Below, one piece after another: positions 39,954 to 54,313 of a stretch of DNA of 64,000 bases. How positions within the stretch are numbered: the stretch's first letter is position 1; each line of letters starts with the position of its first letter. The notes beneath the pieces were generated by a model. It worked only from the letters and a program-made list of their open reading frames with translations, did no database searches and had not been told where the DNA came from. The translations under genes were made by a program, and so were the position numbers. The stretch comes from Octopus sinensis (lineage: Eukaryota): contig NC_042997.1 in the NCBI RefSeq assembly GCF_006345805.1, forward strand, positions 20,770,001 to 20,834,000, read 5' to 3'.

Positions 39954-40812
39954 TTTTTCTATACATCTCAATGCTTCTAAAGCAAACTTTATTTGTTGAC
40001 TTTCAACGTAAGTTGAATTTAATATATAAGTAAAGACCAACACTGGGAAACTGACATCTAGATTGTTGTCAGGTGCCCACAACATTCTACCAGTTTTGCA
40101 ATGGGAACAGTAGAACAACATTAACTTTCTGCAGAGCGCAGATATTGAGAAAAAGTGATGAAGTTTTTAAGAAAAAAATAGGAATTTCTAGCATCAGTGG
40201 GCTGATCAGTCCAAGAAGACTTTCAGCTTTGGATCTATGGATATACTGGTAGCAATTCCTGGTTTGGTAGTGCTGTTTGTGGTAAAAATACCATTGCTGG
40301 TCTGAAATAAACTCTAGAGAAACATGTGTAAATGGGTTACCATAGTTGCCTGTTTTCTTAGATTATATATTATTTAAATATATCTGTTTGCTTTGTATAA
40401 TCATATATTTATTTTGTTTAGACTCATCCCTTCTTTTTATATAATCTTATCTTATTTATTACCATGTAATTTTGAAACACCTTCATATTTTTATTGTGTA
40501 AATGAATGGCCCCTGGTGACAATAATAAAGAAACAATTATTACTATCATGTTAAATTTTTCATAGTTTTATTTTAAACTTCTCCAAATTAAGTAACAGCT
40601 GTAGAAATTTCTGTGTCTATAGAAAACAATAAGCTATAAATTTATACACATAATATAAATCATAAATTCAAATGTTTAAGTGAGAAAGCTTATCCAATTA
40701 TATTTGTACATTTATATGATATGAAATAAACTATTAAACATATATACTCATTAATATGAAGAAAACACATTTACATATGGGTATGAGCATATATATTTTA
40801 AAATTTGTTTGT

Positions 40813-40839
40813 ATATATATATATGTGTGTGTGTGTGTG

Positions 40840-40875
<36 letters not shown>

Positions 40876-41980
40876 CATATATATATATACATACATACAC
40901 ATGCACACACACACACATATATATATATATGTACACAGTGAGAGAAAGAGAGAGAGAGATAAACAGAGGAAGATATACATACATGTATATGCTTGTATAT
41001 ATACGTATGCATTTATATATATGATATATAAGTGTGTGTCTGTGTGTATGCATACACACAGACACACACTTATATATCATATATATAAATAAATATATGT
41101 AAATACACACATACACACATACACACACACACATACGTGTATTAATATATGGGTATATGAAACACATATAATCTTTTTCCTTAAAAAGAAATATATAAAT
41201 TTTATTTCCAGAATCGTATTATGAATTATTTAAAAAAAACAGATTTTGAATATGAATATATTTTATAGGAATTTATTTGTAAATTCTATGGTTTGAAATA
41301 TTCTAATTTTATTTCTTCTAGAATATTTTCTAATTTCCGTTTTAAACTAAGTTTCTTTAATCTGTAGACATTAAATAATCTTTTTCTTTTTATTTCATTG
41401 AAAAATGTTTCAGATTTGTCTATTGAACCATCAAGGAATTCAAAAGGTGATGCCGACTTTTGCTATCATCAATAGTGTAGTGTTAAGTTTTGATTTATAG
41501 ACAACACACTACTTCCAACAGACTACTTACCAATGCACGCAAATGGTTTCAAAATGAATAATGAGGTTATGATTTAAAAACTAGAGTTTAACTTTTTTTC
41601 ATATCCTATATGATGAAGAATTTCATATTTTCCGTTGTTGGGGTATATATATATATATATAATATATATATATACATACACATATAAATATACATACATA
41701 TATATATATATATACATATATATACACACACATATATATATATATATACATATATATACACACACCACATATATATATATATACATATATACATATACAT
41801 ATATATATACATACATATATATATATACATATATATATATACACAGACATATATACGTAGATATATTACATATGTATATAACATAAACATATTGATATTA
41901 CACACACACATTATACACATATATACAAGCATAAAAATAAAAAGATGTGTGTGTGTGTGATTGTGTGTGTGTGTGTGTAT
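40813..41980. repeat. Low-complexity (TA)/(CA)/(GT) fields
   Basis: Two blocks, ~40813-41135 and ~41643-41980. Confidence 0.88.
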
Positions 41981-44149
41981 GAATAGTGAAAAAAGTGAAA
42001 AACTTAATTTAGTAATTCATATTTAGATTCCATCTATACATTTTTTTTACATATATGTTTATACCTGTCAAAACAAAACTTGCATTGTCGTCTATGTTAT
42101 GTAACTTGCCTGTTTAACTAGTAGAGTACAATAATATAAATACTGAAAAGAAATAAATAGTTTGAGTTGATTCTCTTCTCTATATCCTTCTCTTATTTTC
42201 ATATCAAACAACTCTTGAAGGTAGTGCCCCAGCAGGACTTCAGACCAATTATTGAAACCAGTAAAAATAAATTTAAAAAATAAGGAAATTAAAGTAAAAA
42301 ATGAAATGAGTTTCTGTTTGTTTATTAGACAATAGAATTTGAATAAAGGCTGTAATCTAAAAAGCTAATGTATGTAGTTAATTATTTATATAATTTTATT
42401 TTTTACGTATTTATTAATAACTCAACTCACTAGACTTCAATTATGTAGATAATGACTTATTTTTTAATATACCTGCTCCCACCAATAAATAACATTTGAC
42501 AACATTATTCATAGCAGTTGAAGTTTTCCAGTAACACTACATACATAACATATGATATTTCAAACTGTTTCTCAGACTGATTTGTTTCCTCACTGCAATA
42601 AAAATTCTTAAGCCCTGATTAGTTGCTTTCAATAAAGCTCAAGTTAGACCCATAACTGTTCCACCATAGCTATTCATAGAAACATCATGGCCCAAATTCA
42701 AAAGAATGCTCTTTGAGTAATTAGCAAAGACATGACAATTTCTGGTCTCACAGATATGTTTCCTAACCATATTTATTACTTATGATCCGAACTGGCTTGT
42801 CATACCCCATTCTCCTCTCATTATGCTCACCACCAGGCTCTAGATATGGACATATGGGTGTTCTAACTGAACATTAATTGTAACAATAGTCTTAGAGGAT
42901 TTGTGAACATCATGAGAAGTGCTTTGTCTCTCTCCTAACTAAATGAGCCTCTGTGTATCACACATTTGATACCAGGATATTTCTGAGCTCATGCTAGATT
43001 ATTTATCTGTGATTATTAACGATTAATTCACAAGGCTTTATTAATGATTCGCTTAACAAAAAATATCTTAATATTGAATGTAGATAACAAAGCAATTATT
43101 CAAAAATGGGTAAAGATAACCTTTCTATGAACAAAGTAGTCTCTTGAAGTTTCTGTTCCTACTGGTACAAACAGCCTCTCCTCAAATCACATCTTGTCGC
43201 CATAAAGAAGCAATGATGTATAAGTTAATGTAGTCACTGGCATACAAAACATGAATGATCATGGCTGGAAAACCTTTGATCAGGGAGTCTATTTGAACCG
43301 GCTTGTCCTGGGGGTTGAACGACTTCTAATAAGTTTTGATTAATCTAAAGAACACAAAGAATAACATAATATTGGTATTATATACATAACTTTTAATTAA
43401 TGATAAATGACAAATACTTATCATTGTGTCTTTACAAGGACTTTTAAGATGTATGCAAATATTGTAGAATTAAGAATTCAAATCTAATCAAAACTTTGTC
43501 TTGAGAAAATTTAAAACAATATCTTAGCAACCAGCTCTAGTTTAGTAATATATATGCAGTATAAAAGAATGTAATAAACATTCTCTAAAGACCAGTCTGA
43601 CCTGTTTCAATGATTATTCTGTGACTTAATATTCACAGAGAACCAGACTGAGAACTTATAATTTAGGTTAAATACTTAATAAGAAAACAATAGAGTGATA
43701 TAAAAAAAAAGGTATTAATAGTGTGTCAAGAAATGTAAGTAGGTGGTATTACCTTTAATTACTTCTTTCAGTATTTTAGTATCTAACTTATTCTTGCTAT
43801 TAAAAAAAACCTTTACACTTTTGTTTTGTTATATTTTACCTTGATTTTTTATAATCTATGTAAAATATTTATGTTTGTATCATCTTAGAGTGCATTAATC
43901 TTAATCGTTTACAGTTTCATTTAATGCTCATGCTCTGTCTGTTACATTCGCCGATTAAATATATTTTTGCATTTTGCAGATATTCTTTAGAATAATTATC
44001 AACATTGTTACAATCATCTTCATTAACATTGATGAGCTTGACAATAATAATGATAGTTTTCACCAACAATACCAACATTATTATTGTCATAATTTTCCAT
44101 ATTGTTACCATTGTAGTTTTCACAATAACAATCAACAACAAGATAGTTG

Positions 44150-44485
44150 TTGTTATCATCATCATCATCATTTGTTATTTTTCAATTCTGTGTTCTAATC
44201 ATCATCATCATTACTATAATAGTTGTAGATACCTTCTTCTTTTTCATTCTTGACTTCCTCTTCCCACTCCACACCTTCATCGTTGTTCTCATCATCACAT
44301 CATCATCATCATCTTCACCACCACACCCCACTACACCACATCACACCACACCACCACCACCACCACTACTGCTGCATCCACCTCTGTCCCCACTGCTGCT
44401 GCCACTACCACCACCACAATCACCATCATCATCACGATCATCATTATCATCATCATCATTATCATCATCATCATCATCATAATCA
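44150..44485. repeat. (CAT)n/(CAC)n trinucleotide repeat block
   Basis: Directly visible; explains the poly-His/Pro/Ser ORFs. Confidence 0.9.
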
Positions 44486-44826
44486 CATGACCACTTCAAT
44501 TTTTTTTTTAATTCACATAAAAGAAGTTCATTAAAATTACTTGTCCTGATTAAGATAATGAGATCTCAAACAAAGTATCAAAAATCTCATGAATCGTTCT
44601 CCTTGAGAGATTAGTTTTGATTTAATGCACTTTGAGTTCAAAACTGGACAGGCCGGTAACTAATAAAAAGACAGTTCAAGCTAAAAAGGCCAGATGTCAT
44701 AGTATCTGAAATGAAATCTGTTAATTTTCTATGAAGCTAGTTTAAAATGGCTTCACTTCAAACAAAGGTTAAATGCTGGTGAAGAGAAAATCTGAACCTG
44801 AAGGTCATACATTTAGTAAGACTGTT

Positions 44827-44874
<48 letters not shown>

Positions 44875-45689
44875 GGGGGAGAGGGAGAGGAGGAAAGAGC
44901 ATGCTCACAATGGAAAATTCTATAACTGTTTCTTCAGACTCTCACAGAATTAACAGTTACTTACATGGCCATAATGATGATTATGATGTTGATCATCATG
45001 ATAAAGATCGCAGCAATGATGATAACAATGAGTATAATGATGATTTGGATGATGATAATAAAAATGATAAGGATAATGGTGACAAAAATGATAATGATAA
45101 TGATTGAGAAAAGCTAGAAAATATTCATTATATTATTGATTTCTTCTATAGACACAACATCTCACTCAGATTTATATGGATAGGGAAAGTGAGATTGTCT
45201 GTTTGGAATATTCTTAAGTGTATTAGCAATACGAAGGAAATAAAATAGTTTCAACAGACTTAAATATAGATTGCAAACTCAGTTAAAAAAAGATACCGTT
45301 CATAGGGCTTTTTTTAAAAATAATACCGAGAAATCTCATCAACCGATTATATAAATGCATCAGCAAGGACTTTGTCTTACTGCAATATATCAGAAGGAAG
45401 CCAACTATACGAAGCCCATTCTTTCTCAAGTTATATTAGAAAGACAAGGTGAACTTAGCTCTTTAAGCAAAAAGAAGATTATCGTTAGATTTCAGCATAG
45501 TTCTTGAAAATTTAAAAGTTATGTGTTTATTATAGCTCAATGATGAATTATTAAAATTATGTTAACTACTAACAAAAACTGTTGTAGTTTCACACCCTGT
45601 AAAGTTGGTTAGTTATGGCCCCTTATTCTTAAGAAAAACTAAAACAAGCAACTATTTTAATAAAAAGAGAGACAGAGAGAATCATGATC

Positions 45690-46550
45690 ACTACAATATT
45701 TGTTTCTAACACTGCAACAAAGCTAGAAATGCAGGGAGGGAATTAGATGATTTATTCAACAGCAGCATATGACTTGAAGGTACTAAATATCACTGACATG
45801 AGAAGGATGAAAGGCAAAGTTGATCCTAGCAGGATTTGAACTCAGAATGTGAGGAACTCTAACCAAATACTGCAAAGCCTTTTTTTTTTTTTTAACTTTC
45901 TAAACATTCAGCCAATCCACTCAACTTGACTACTGTAATAACAAATTACTACATAGATACAAAGCTACCAATTTCAGGGTGATTGGTATTGTATTTTATT
46001 GAACTTCAGGAGGATGAAAGGCAAAGTTGATCCCAGCAGGATTTGAACTCAGAATGTAAGGAACTCTAACCAAATACTGCAAAGCCTTTTTTTTTTTTAA
46101 CATTCTAAACATTCAGCCAATCCACTCAACTTGACAGCTGTAATAACAAATTACTACATAGATACAAAGCCACCAATTTCAGGGTGATTGGTACTGTATT
46201 TTATTGAACCTCAGGAGGATGAAAGGCAAAGTTGAGCTCAACCAGACTTGAAGTCAAGATTTAATCAGTTACAAGTAAATACAGCAATGTATTCTTTCTA
46301 ATGCTGTAATGGTCTACCAGTCCACCAAGCCTGATGACTGTAAGAAGGATTTCTAACATAGGCATAAGATATCATATTTAAAGGAAGCAAGAGATTGATT
46401 TTATTGACTACAGTACTTCATTGGTTTTTATTTATGAAGCTGAAATGATGATTTGCAGAGCCAACTCAGGTAAAATTTGAACTTGGAATGTAAAGAGATG
46501 GAAGTAAATATCACGTTGCATTTTGAGCCAATCCATCACCCCATGACAAC
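45690..46550 (-). repeat. Tandem array of ~205-bp SINE family B-derived monomers
   Basis: aggatgaaaggcaaagttga recurs at 45804, 46011 and 46216; the first two units are near-identical and a more diverged unit follows (~46400-46550). Confidence 0.8.
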
Positions 46551-46631
46551 TCTAATAAGGATTGTTTCTTTTGACAAAGTTTAAGGCCAACTTTTACATG
46601 GTAGGATTTACAGCTGATTGAATTAAAGTAA

Positions 46632-47040
46632 ATTGAGGAATGTTTGAAGGCTCTTGGGAATAGGAAGTTCGCTAGCGGTCTCCAGCTGCAAGTATATCCC
46701 TGTTGGGAGAACGTCTTGTTTGCCGTAGATTTTCCACAGATGCAGGGACAGGCCGGGTTGAAGCCACTGGTTGCCGGATCAGATGCTTCTGTTCATCAGA
46801 GCCCCATTAGCCAGGTGCGGCCCTGATACTGCTGGGTGTCAGAACAATCCACCTTGGGTGGCCCTACCAGAAACTGAAGTCTCCAACGGCATAGCTCTGA
46901 CACTCCCGTTTCACCTCCTTACCATGGTGAGGAGGGGTTGGACTTTAGAGGGGCGTTTGTGAGAGATGCAGCATTGAGGATGAATGAAGCCAGCTCAACA
47001 CACCCCGGGTGAATGTTGTCTCAAGACAAGACAAGAAGAA
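46632..47040. mobile_element. GC-rich non-coding retroposon with 12-bp TSD, RTE-related
   Basis: gaattaaagtaa at 46620-46631 and 47041-47052; caagacaagacaagaagaa tail at right end; minus-strand gagctatgccg..tagggccacccaag..gttctgaca recalls RTE/BovB 5' UTR sequence. Confidence 0.7.
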
Positions 47041-48029
47041 GAATTAAAGTAATACATTATAGATATCTATTTTATTAACCCCTGCAAGATGGATATGCAA
47101 TTTGATTCTTTAACTTTTGAAAAGTCAAATTTGAAGTAGATCATTTGAAATTAACATGAATATCTATATATGAAGCATATACAATTAGGCTCTAAGAGCA
47201 TCTCTTGATGATTTCCTCTTAATGTAGATTATCTACTGGAAGGTAGCCAGATGGAATTTATAGGGGATAATCATAGGAGAATAAACTTCTTTTTGAACTT
47301 TACAACACTCTTCAGTTATATAATCCTTCTGTTTACCAAACAATGGACATTCTTTTATAGAACTTCTTGCAGTGAGATATTTGAGCATTAAGCATATTGG
47401 CTACGTGTACAGTCTTCTCTAGAAATAAGATTTTGCTGTTTAGTTGGCAGAGTCAGAGTCCTCATTGACCTGTATAACAGTACTCATGGACATTGTATTT
47501 TGCATCAACCCCCTCTTTATTTTCTCTTTCTTCCTTTTTCTCTTTCTTTCTCTTCTTCCTTCTCTCTTCCTCATCCCCCTCTTGCTCTCTGTCTTTCTAA
47601 GTCCATTCAGCTCTGTGGCAACTATTTTTATCCAGCCAAGGACAAACTGCTATACAATTCATTTATCTTTAAGAAGAAAGCACTTGGTAGTTCCCATGCC
47701 TTGTTGTGTACTGAGAAAGCATTAGGTTGATAAATGGATTATTTGAATGATTCAATCTATATGGCAATTTCTTAAAAACATTATTATATACTTATTTATT
47801 CTATCATAGCCTTGTACTAAATTTAACACGATGTTCATTAAATTAACTCAGTTCTCACACCATGCAAAGAACAATATTGAATCAGAAGCAAATGGTTTGT
47901 GAATGAAAGTTGAACAGATATAAGAGCAGAAAACATTGAAGCACTTTGCTCACTCCTCTCAACATATATTGACAAATTATTCAATTTCTGGTTTAGGCAT
48001 TTAACAAACACACTTAAAATACTTATAGA

Positions 48030-48840
48030 TGCATGACTTTATGGTTAAGAAGGTTGCTTCCTGGCTGCTTGGTTTCCAGCTCAATCACACTGCGTAACAC
48101 CTTGGGCAAGTGTCTTTTCTCATAATTCTGAAACAACCAAAGATTTATGAGTAGATTTGATAGATAGAAATTAAAAGAAGCTTATTGTGTGTGTTTGTGT
48201 GTGTGTGTGTGCTTGTGTGTATGTGTGAGTGTGTGTTTGTTTGCTTATGTGTGTACACATGTGTGTATGTGTGTGAGTGTAGACACACACACACACACAT
48301 ATATATAGACATACATCATCATCGTTTAACGTCCATTTTCAGTGCTAGCACAGGTTGGATGGTTTGACCGGGATCTGGGAAGCCAGGAGGCTGCACCAGG
48401 CTCCAGTCTTATTTGGCAGTGTTTCTACAGCTGGATGCCCTTCCTAACGCCAACAACTCTGTGAGTGTAGTGGGTACTTTTTACGTGCCACTGGCACAGG
48501 TGCCAGGGGAGGCTGGCAGTGGCCACAATCGGTTGGTGCTTTTTACGTGCCGCCGGCACAGGTATGTAAATATGAATGCACATATGTGTGTGCATGCATG
48601 TGTGTATATGAGTGTGTGCATGTTTGTATCTCCGTGTTGTGATAGTTGTAAATGTTAGTTAATGTCTTACAAACAATGTCATTCATTCCCAATATTCTGT
48701 GAGACCATGCCTGGCATGGGGAAATATTACTTTGCTTGGAAATAGGTAAAAATTGCTAACAGGAAAAGCATCTGGCTGCAAAAAATCTGCCTCAGTAAAC
48801 TCCATCTGATTTATGCAGGCATGAAAAAGTAGGTCTTAAA
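48030..48840 (+). mobile_element. Diverged tRNA/CORE-like SINE family C, interrupted by family A
   Basis: tggttaagaaggttgcttc...caccttgggcaagtgtcttt head, then GT-rich linker; family A insertion at 48314-48562. Confidence 0.6.
48314..48562 (-). mobile_element. SINE-like family A copy
   Basis: catcatcatcgtttaacgtcc... Confidence 0.85.
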
Positions 48841-49098
48841 ATGCTGGTGGCACCAATAGCAGTGGTTGTGGTGGTGCCAGTGGTAGTGGTTGGTGTTGAT
48901 GATAGTGGTGCCATCATTAGAGAATCCGAAACAGCCCTTTCTGCTTATCAACTCACATTTATAGACTCTCAACGTTCTCACTATGTGTCTGTATGTTCAT
49001 GTGTTTGTGTGCATTCTAATAAACAATATAAAGCACCATCACAGGAATGTTGATAACAACAATGATAATTATTACATCTGGAATTTAGAAAAGAATTG

Positions 49099-49342
49099 CT
49101 GTGCAGGTGGCACATAAAAAACACCATTTGAGCGTGACCATTGCCGGTACTGCCTGACTGACCCTCATGCCGGTGGCATGTAAAAGCACCCACTACACTC
49201 TTGGAGTGGTTGGTGTTAGGAAGGGCATCCAGCTGTAGAAACTCTGCCAGATCAGATTGGAGTCTGGTGCAGCCATCTGGTTCACCAGACTTCAGTCAAA
49301 TCGTCCAACCAATGCTAGCATGGAAAGTGGACATTAAACGAT
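49099..49342 (+). mobile_element. SINE-like family A copy
   Basis: ...gctagcatggaaagtggacattaaacgatg 3' end. Confidence 0.85.
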
Positions 49343-49449
49343 GCCGACTAACTACATTAGCAGAGTGCATGTTAGCCAGTACCTTTATTTGCCTGAAAGT
49401 CTTAGCTTTTCCATATTGTCACTTAGACATTTACTAACATAAATATGTG

Positions 49450-51095
49450 TGCAAATTATTATTGGTATAATTCTGAATTTACCAGGGTGGACGAGCTGCA
49501 AGTTTTTAAGCTATTGTCCATATATGCTCTCCTTCTTGCTAAACAGTACAACTCTACAATATTTTTCTTTTATGTCCCAAATATCTATATCAGGCATATT
49601 ATGTTTACATTTGGTATAAGTTTTGATGAGAATGTTTCAATAATATCCCCTGTCCTGATATGTATAAATTCAATAACAAAGGCATTGTTTATATTTATCC
49701 CAGGGCTGTTTTACTTCAGATGTCATTGTATATTGTTTCCACAATAACATCATATCACTGTGGGCAACAGTACGTCGATGACAGCTGCTAATTACATGTG
49801 GTGTATCCTGCACAGAAGAATGACATAATGGACATTTATAGTTGCATCTTGGAAGTCTAAGGGCATTCTTGTCATGATTGTTCATTAATATTAGATATTT
49901 TGTAGGCATTTCTTGTTCTTGGACTCCAAAAGCATAACCTACGAGAGGTGTCATATGTAATAGTATCAAATCCAAGAGATGCTACACTTCAATGTTACTG
50001 TATTTCTCAAGTTTACAGGAAATAACACATGCATTACATTTTTGAGGTTTGTAAAATGTTTTTTTTTTCAGTCTCTAGTGACATGTGCTAGTCCTGCATT
50101 TCTAGGTTCTCAAAGGAGGTCATCAGAAAGAGCAGGCTTCTTGGGGAGTTCATTGCCGACCTATAAGATGTTATTCATTACACTTTTGGGCACTTGGCTG
50201 TTATATCTATTTTTATTGCACTTGTTTAATAGATACAGTGAATGAAACCATAAAGCACTCAAAGCCTGTTTGCACTAGCCTTAAAATTTTTCTTCCCTTT
50301 CCTTTATAGATAGAGTCTGTTAATATCGCTGTTTCTATGGAAGTTGGTAACTGATTTTAGGATGTTGTGGACTTAAATACTTATTGAGCAGATTTCCTCT
50401 ACAAACCAGTCAAAAATCCTAAATGTTGATATCAGTATTGGTACTGAAAATACATTTTGAGATCTTGTCTTGTTGTAGGAGAAAAACTCTGACTGCCGTA
50501 TCATTTTAAGTCTGATATAATATTCATTGGCTTCATCATCATCATCATCGTTTAACGTCCGCTTTCCATACTAGCGTGGGTTGGACAATTTGACTGAGGT
50601 CTGGCGAACCAGATGGCTACACAAGACTCCAATCTGATCTGGCAGAGTTTCTACAGCTGGATGCCCTTCTTGACGCCAACCACTCCGAGAATGTAGTGGG
50701 TACTTTTACGTGCCACCGGCATGAGGGGCAGTCAGGTGGTACTGGCAATGGCCACGCTCAAATGGTGCTTTTTATGTGCTACCTGCACAGGAACCAGTCC
50801 AGTAGCACTGGCAACAACCTTGCTGAAATGTTTTTTCACGTGCCACCAGCACAAGTGCTAGTAAGGCAACGCAGGTAATGATCACACTCGATTGGTGCTT
50901 TTTACATGCCACCGGCACAGAAGCCAGTTTGTTGCTCTGGTAACGATCCCACTCATATGGTACTCTTAGTGCTCCACTAGCACAGATGCCAGTCATCAAA
51001 TTTGATTTCGATTTCTCTATCTTTATTCAATGCACATTTGTAGGATGTATCTTCACCAATACCTAGGTATCTGTAGCACTCATCATGTGGGGCAA
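49450..51095 (-). pseudogene. 3' part of an R4/Dong-like non-LTR retrotransposon (RT thumb, CCHC knuckle, restriction-like endonuclease), split by a SINE
   Basis: Minus strand in order: CYRYLGIGED, EYYIRLKMIRQSE..NK..NVFSVPIL..DW..EEI, NFHRNSDINRLYL*RK, AFGVQEQEMPTKY, KCPLCHSSVQDTPHVISSC, HNMPDIDIWD, IIPIII. Confidence 0.9.
50534..51012 (-). mobile_element. SINE-like family A copy nested in the LINE
   Basis: (CAT)n start; the LINE protein continues on both sides. Confidence 0.9.
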
Positions 51096-52264
51096 GGAAG
51101 AGTGAGAAAGACCATAAATGTAAAGATTTTTGAGTTTGCAGAATAGTATCTTTGTGTTTAATTGTGACATACAAACATATCTTCTCACCAAATTATGTAC
51201 ATATACTTAGATCTACCTACCCACCCACCATCCTTGGTAAAAGTAGCTACTATCTACTCCTTGAAGATGACGTGGATATCTGAAAGAGTCTATTTTGTAT
51301 GCGCTCTTAGTAGTTATTATTCTCATGCTCCTGCCACATGTAAAGTTTTTCATCTCTTTTAGTCATCCTATGATTCCACTGCACCTCTCTTTTCAACACC
51401 TAAAGCTTGGTCTTTTCCTTGATGGTAGCAGAGTCCTGGGTTCTCTCCTACCAACTTTAGTTTTTGCTAAGTTTATTTCAAGGCATCTCACTTCTAGATT
51501 TTTGCTCTTATATCTGGAATTTCATTTTTAATTTTACTGCAGATTCAGTCATTCCATTTCTATCATCTCACATTTACTTTCCTCTCCCAGCTATATTGAG
51601 TCTTCTTATTTCATTGCTGTCTTTTTTTATTCACTTTTCTATTCACAAAGCTTTGAGTGAATGATTGTATTATAGAGTAGTGAGGTCTCCCTAATCTTAG
51701 AAAGACCAATTAACTTTCTGTAGAATGGTTTGTCAATGAGAAATGTAGGCTCAAGACGAGCCTTTTAGTTTTGTTGAAGACATGGCAACCTCACACATGT
51801 AGGTGCCACAATAAAATGTCCCTAGTATAATGTGTAAAATCAAGGATTGGGTGAGTGAATTCTTCATAATGTTCAGAGCATGACAACCTTACTAGTACTG
51901 TTGCTACAATAAAATACACCCAGTACCCTCTCTTTAAAGTGACTGTTGTATTTTGAAAGGCCTCAAACAGTAGAAACCAAGCCAAAAATAAATAGAACAT
52001 TCACACGAAACATGACACCTGACACTTTTAGGAGAATAGTGACCTCAAATAAAACTGATTTGGAGTGTGATGACTGGTCAAATGTCCATGCTTGTATGGA
52101 AAGTGAGCATGAAATGATAATACTGAGGAGGAGCAGGGGATGATTATGTCTTTGATTTCAGTTCATAGCTAATATTGTTTAATTCTAGATGTACACATAA
52201 AAATGACATCAACTCCCAAAGTAAGAAAGGTGGTAGGTTTTAACAACCAATATAGTTTTCAAAG

Positions 52265-52535
52265 ATATTCTCTCAAAACGTTGGTAGACAGAAACTGAAA
52301 GAAGCCTGTCATGTGTGTGTGTGTGTGTGTGTGTGTGTTGAGCCCCACCACTACTTGAAAATTGGTGTTGGAGAGTCTATGTCCCAGTAACTTAGTGGTT
52401 TGACAAAAGAGACCTATGGAATAAGTGCCAGGCTTTACACAAAAAATTAAGTTCTGGGTTTCATTTATTTGACTAAAATTCTTCAAGACAATGCCCCAGC
52501 TTGGCAACAGTCTAATGACTGAAACAAATAAAAGA
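52265..52535 (+). mobile_element. SINE family C, 3' portion
   Basis: ttggtagacagaaactgaaagaagcctgtc(GT)n...cagtctaatgactgaaacaaataaaaga, as in 63077-63490. Confidence 0.75.
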
Positions 52536-52949
52536 TGTTGTTTCCAAAATAATAATTTGATTCCATGACCGTTGTTATGTAAGTAACCTGCCATACTACA
52601 ATGCTTAATAGTAGCCATGTAATCAATTACCGAACATAAATGGACAACAGCAAACTCTTCCATTAGTGATGAGTTGGGTTCTTTAATCATGTTTCTAAAG
52701 AATTTTCAGCAGAGATATTAGAATGCATACTTATAATAAAGGAACGCAAAATATAAAATCTGAGGGAATCAGATCATGAAGAAGAGAGGGACATAAATAT
52801 TTGGTTATGTTGCAGGAGATAGAGTGAAACAGAACAAAATGGCAATATTTGGAATGAATTTAATATGAGAATCAGAAAGAAACAGAATAAAGTGGAAGAT
52901 AGCCTTTAATTATAGGGATCAAAATGAGGACCATACCAATTCTGAAATA

Positions 52950-54000
52950 TTCTGTAGCTGTTTTACAAAGGATGGAAAAAATGAACTGAGGGTAACTTAA
53001 AGAAGCATTAGAAAGTTTTTAACAATGTATGTTGCATTTAACAATGCTTTTAACAAAGCTTTTAACATTGCATATCCATGAAGCAATGCTAGCAGAGTGT
53101 ATATATCAAGAAAAGAGAAAAGCAGAGGATTACTTAGTGTAACAGACACAGCACTCTTGCCAACGGTAGGACAAGAGAAATATGTTGTGTAAAGTGAAGA
53201 TGTACATCCAGTGAAGTCAATGGCAAATATAGAAACATGGAAGCAGTAATGGATTATAAATAAATGACAGATGGGAAAAGGAAAGAAAAGCAGAAAAGAA
53301 AAAGTGTTATATAACGAAATGTATTAACAAATAGAAGACATAGTACAAAAAATAGAAATTTATGTAAGTAAACATAAAATTGTTCATAGCCTTACAAGAA
53401 AAAAGCAATTAGAGTAAACCTTGTTAAAGTAAAAATATAGAGTAGTCAGCAAGTCAGTGGGTGTTGGATGCTTAGTGAAGAAGAGAGAACTGTGAATTAA
53501 TATAGTGTATGAATGTAACAAAATAATGCAAGAAAATATATTATGGAATACACAACAGACAAATGAGAAAATGTACAATGGAAGGTTACTAGGTGCATTA
53601 GATTCAAAGTAAATAGAGAATGGTGCCTTTACCAACTTGAAATTATTACTGATAATTATCAAGATAAAATTCTCCGGGATTTCTCATTACAAGCTGTATA
53701 ACTAATAGAGGCAATGAGAACAAATATTATCATTATAAAATGAAAAGGTAAAGAAGGCAAACTTATGCATTTTGCTATAACATACAAGAGTAAAGTTGAA
53801 CTAAAATAGAGGAAAACCATGAGAGAAAGGGTCAAGGACATACTGATGAAAGCTACCCTTGTTGTCATAAGACCACTGAAAAGAAGAACAACAAAACATC
53901 TCCTGAAGTTGTTGAACAGCTTCAGAAATTGAAACAGAGAGGTGCAGAAAACTCATTTCTGTTTGAGAAAAAAAAAAATTCTGAAAACCCCTGAGAGATG
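52950..54000 (+). pseudogene. Heavily decayed R4/Dong-like LINE 3' fragment
   Basis: RKFLTMY, SNASRVYISRKEKSRGLLSV (cf. RLYxxRKEGGRGL) and KILRDFSLQ..IEAMRTNIII (cf. KILWDFxIQTD..RPDI); purine-rich strand bias. Confidence 0.65.
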
Positions 54001-54100
54001 AGGGCACATGTCATAACATATCGAAACATTTATCCATTAATATAATCAGCGTGGAATTCTGATAAATGATGATTTATTTAGCTATTATCTAATTCTACTA

Positions 54101-54313
54101 AGGTAGTAAGCTGGCAGAAATGTCAGCACACCAGCTGAAATGCTTGGCAGTATTTCATCTGTCTTTATGCTCTGTGTTCAAATTCCGCCAAGGTCAACTT
54201 TGCCTTTCATTCTTTTGGGGTCGATAAATTAAATACCAGTTGTGTACTGAGGTCGATCTAATTGACTGGTCCCTTCTCCCAAAATTTCGTGCCTTGTGCC
54301 TAGAATAGGAAAG
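54101..54313 (+). mobile_element. tRNA-derived SINE family B
   Basis: Colinear with 33825-34040; degenerate TSD attatctaattctact (54084-54099) / attatctaactgtact (54314-54329). Confidence 0.9.

Noticed and set aside
44147-44534. His-rich / Pro-Ser-rich ORFs suggesting a metal-binding or structural protein
   Set aside because: Explained by (CAT)/(CAC) repeats open in several frames; no splice or domain support.
46780-46960. HDV-like ribozyme
   Set aside because: Could not assemble consistent P1/P2/P3/L3 pairings on either strand by eye.
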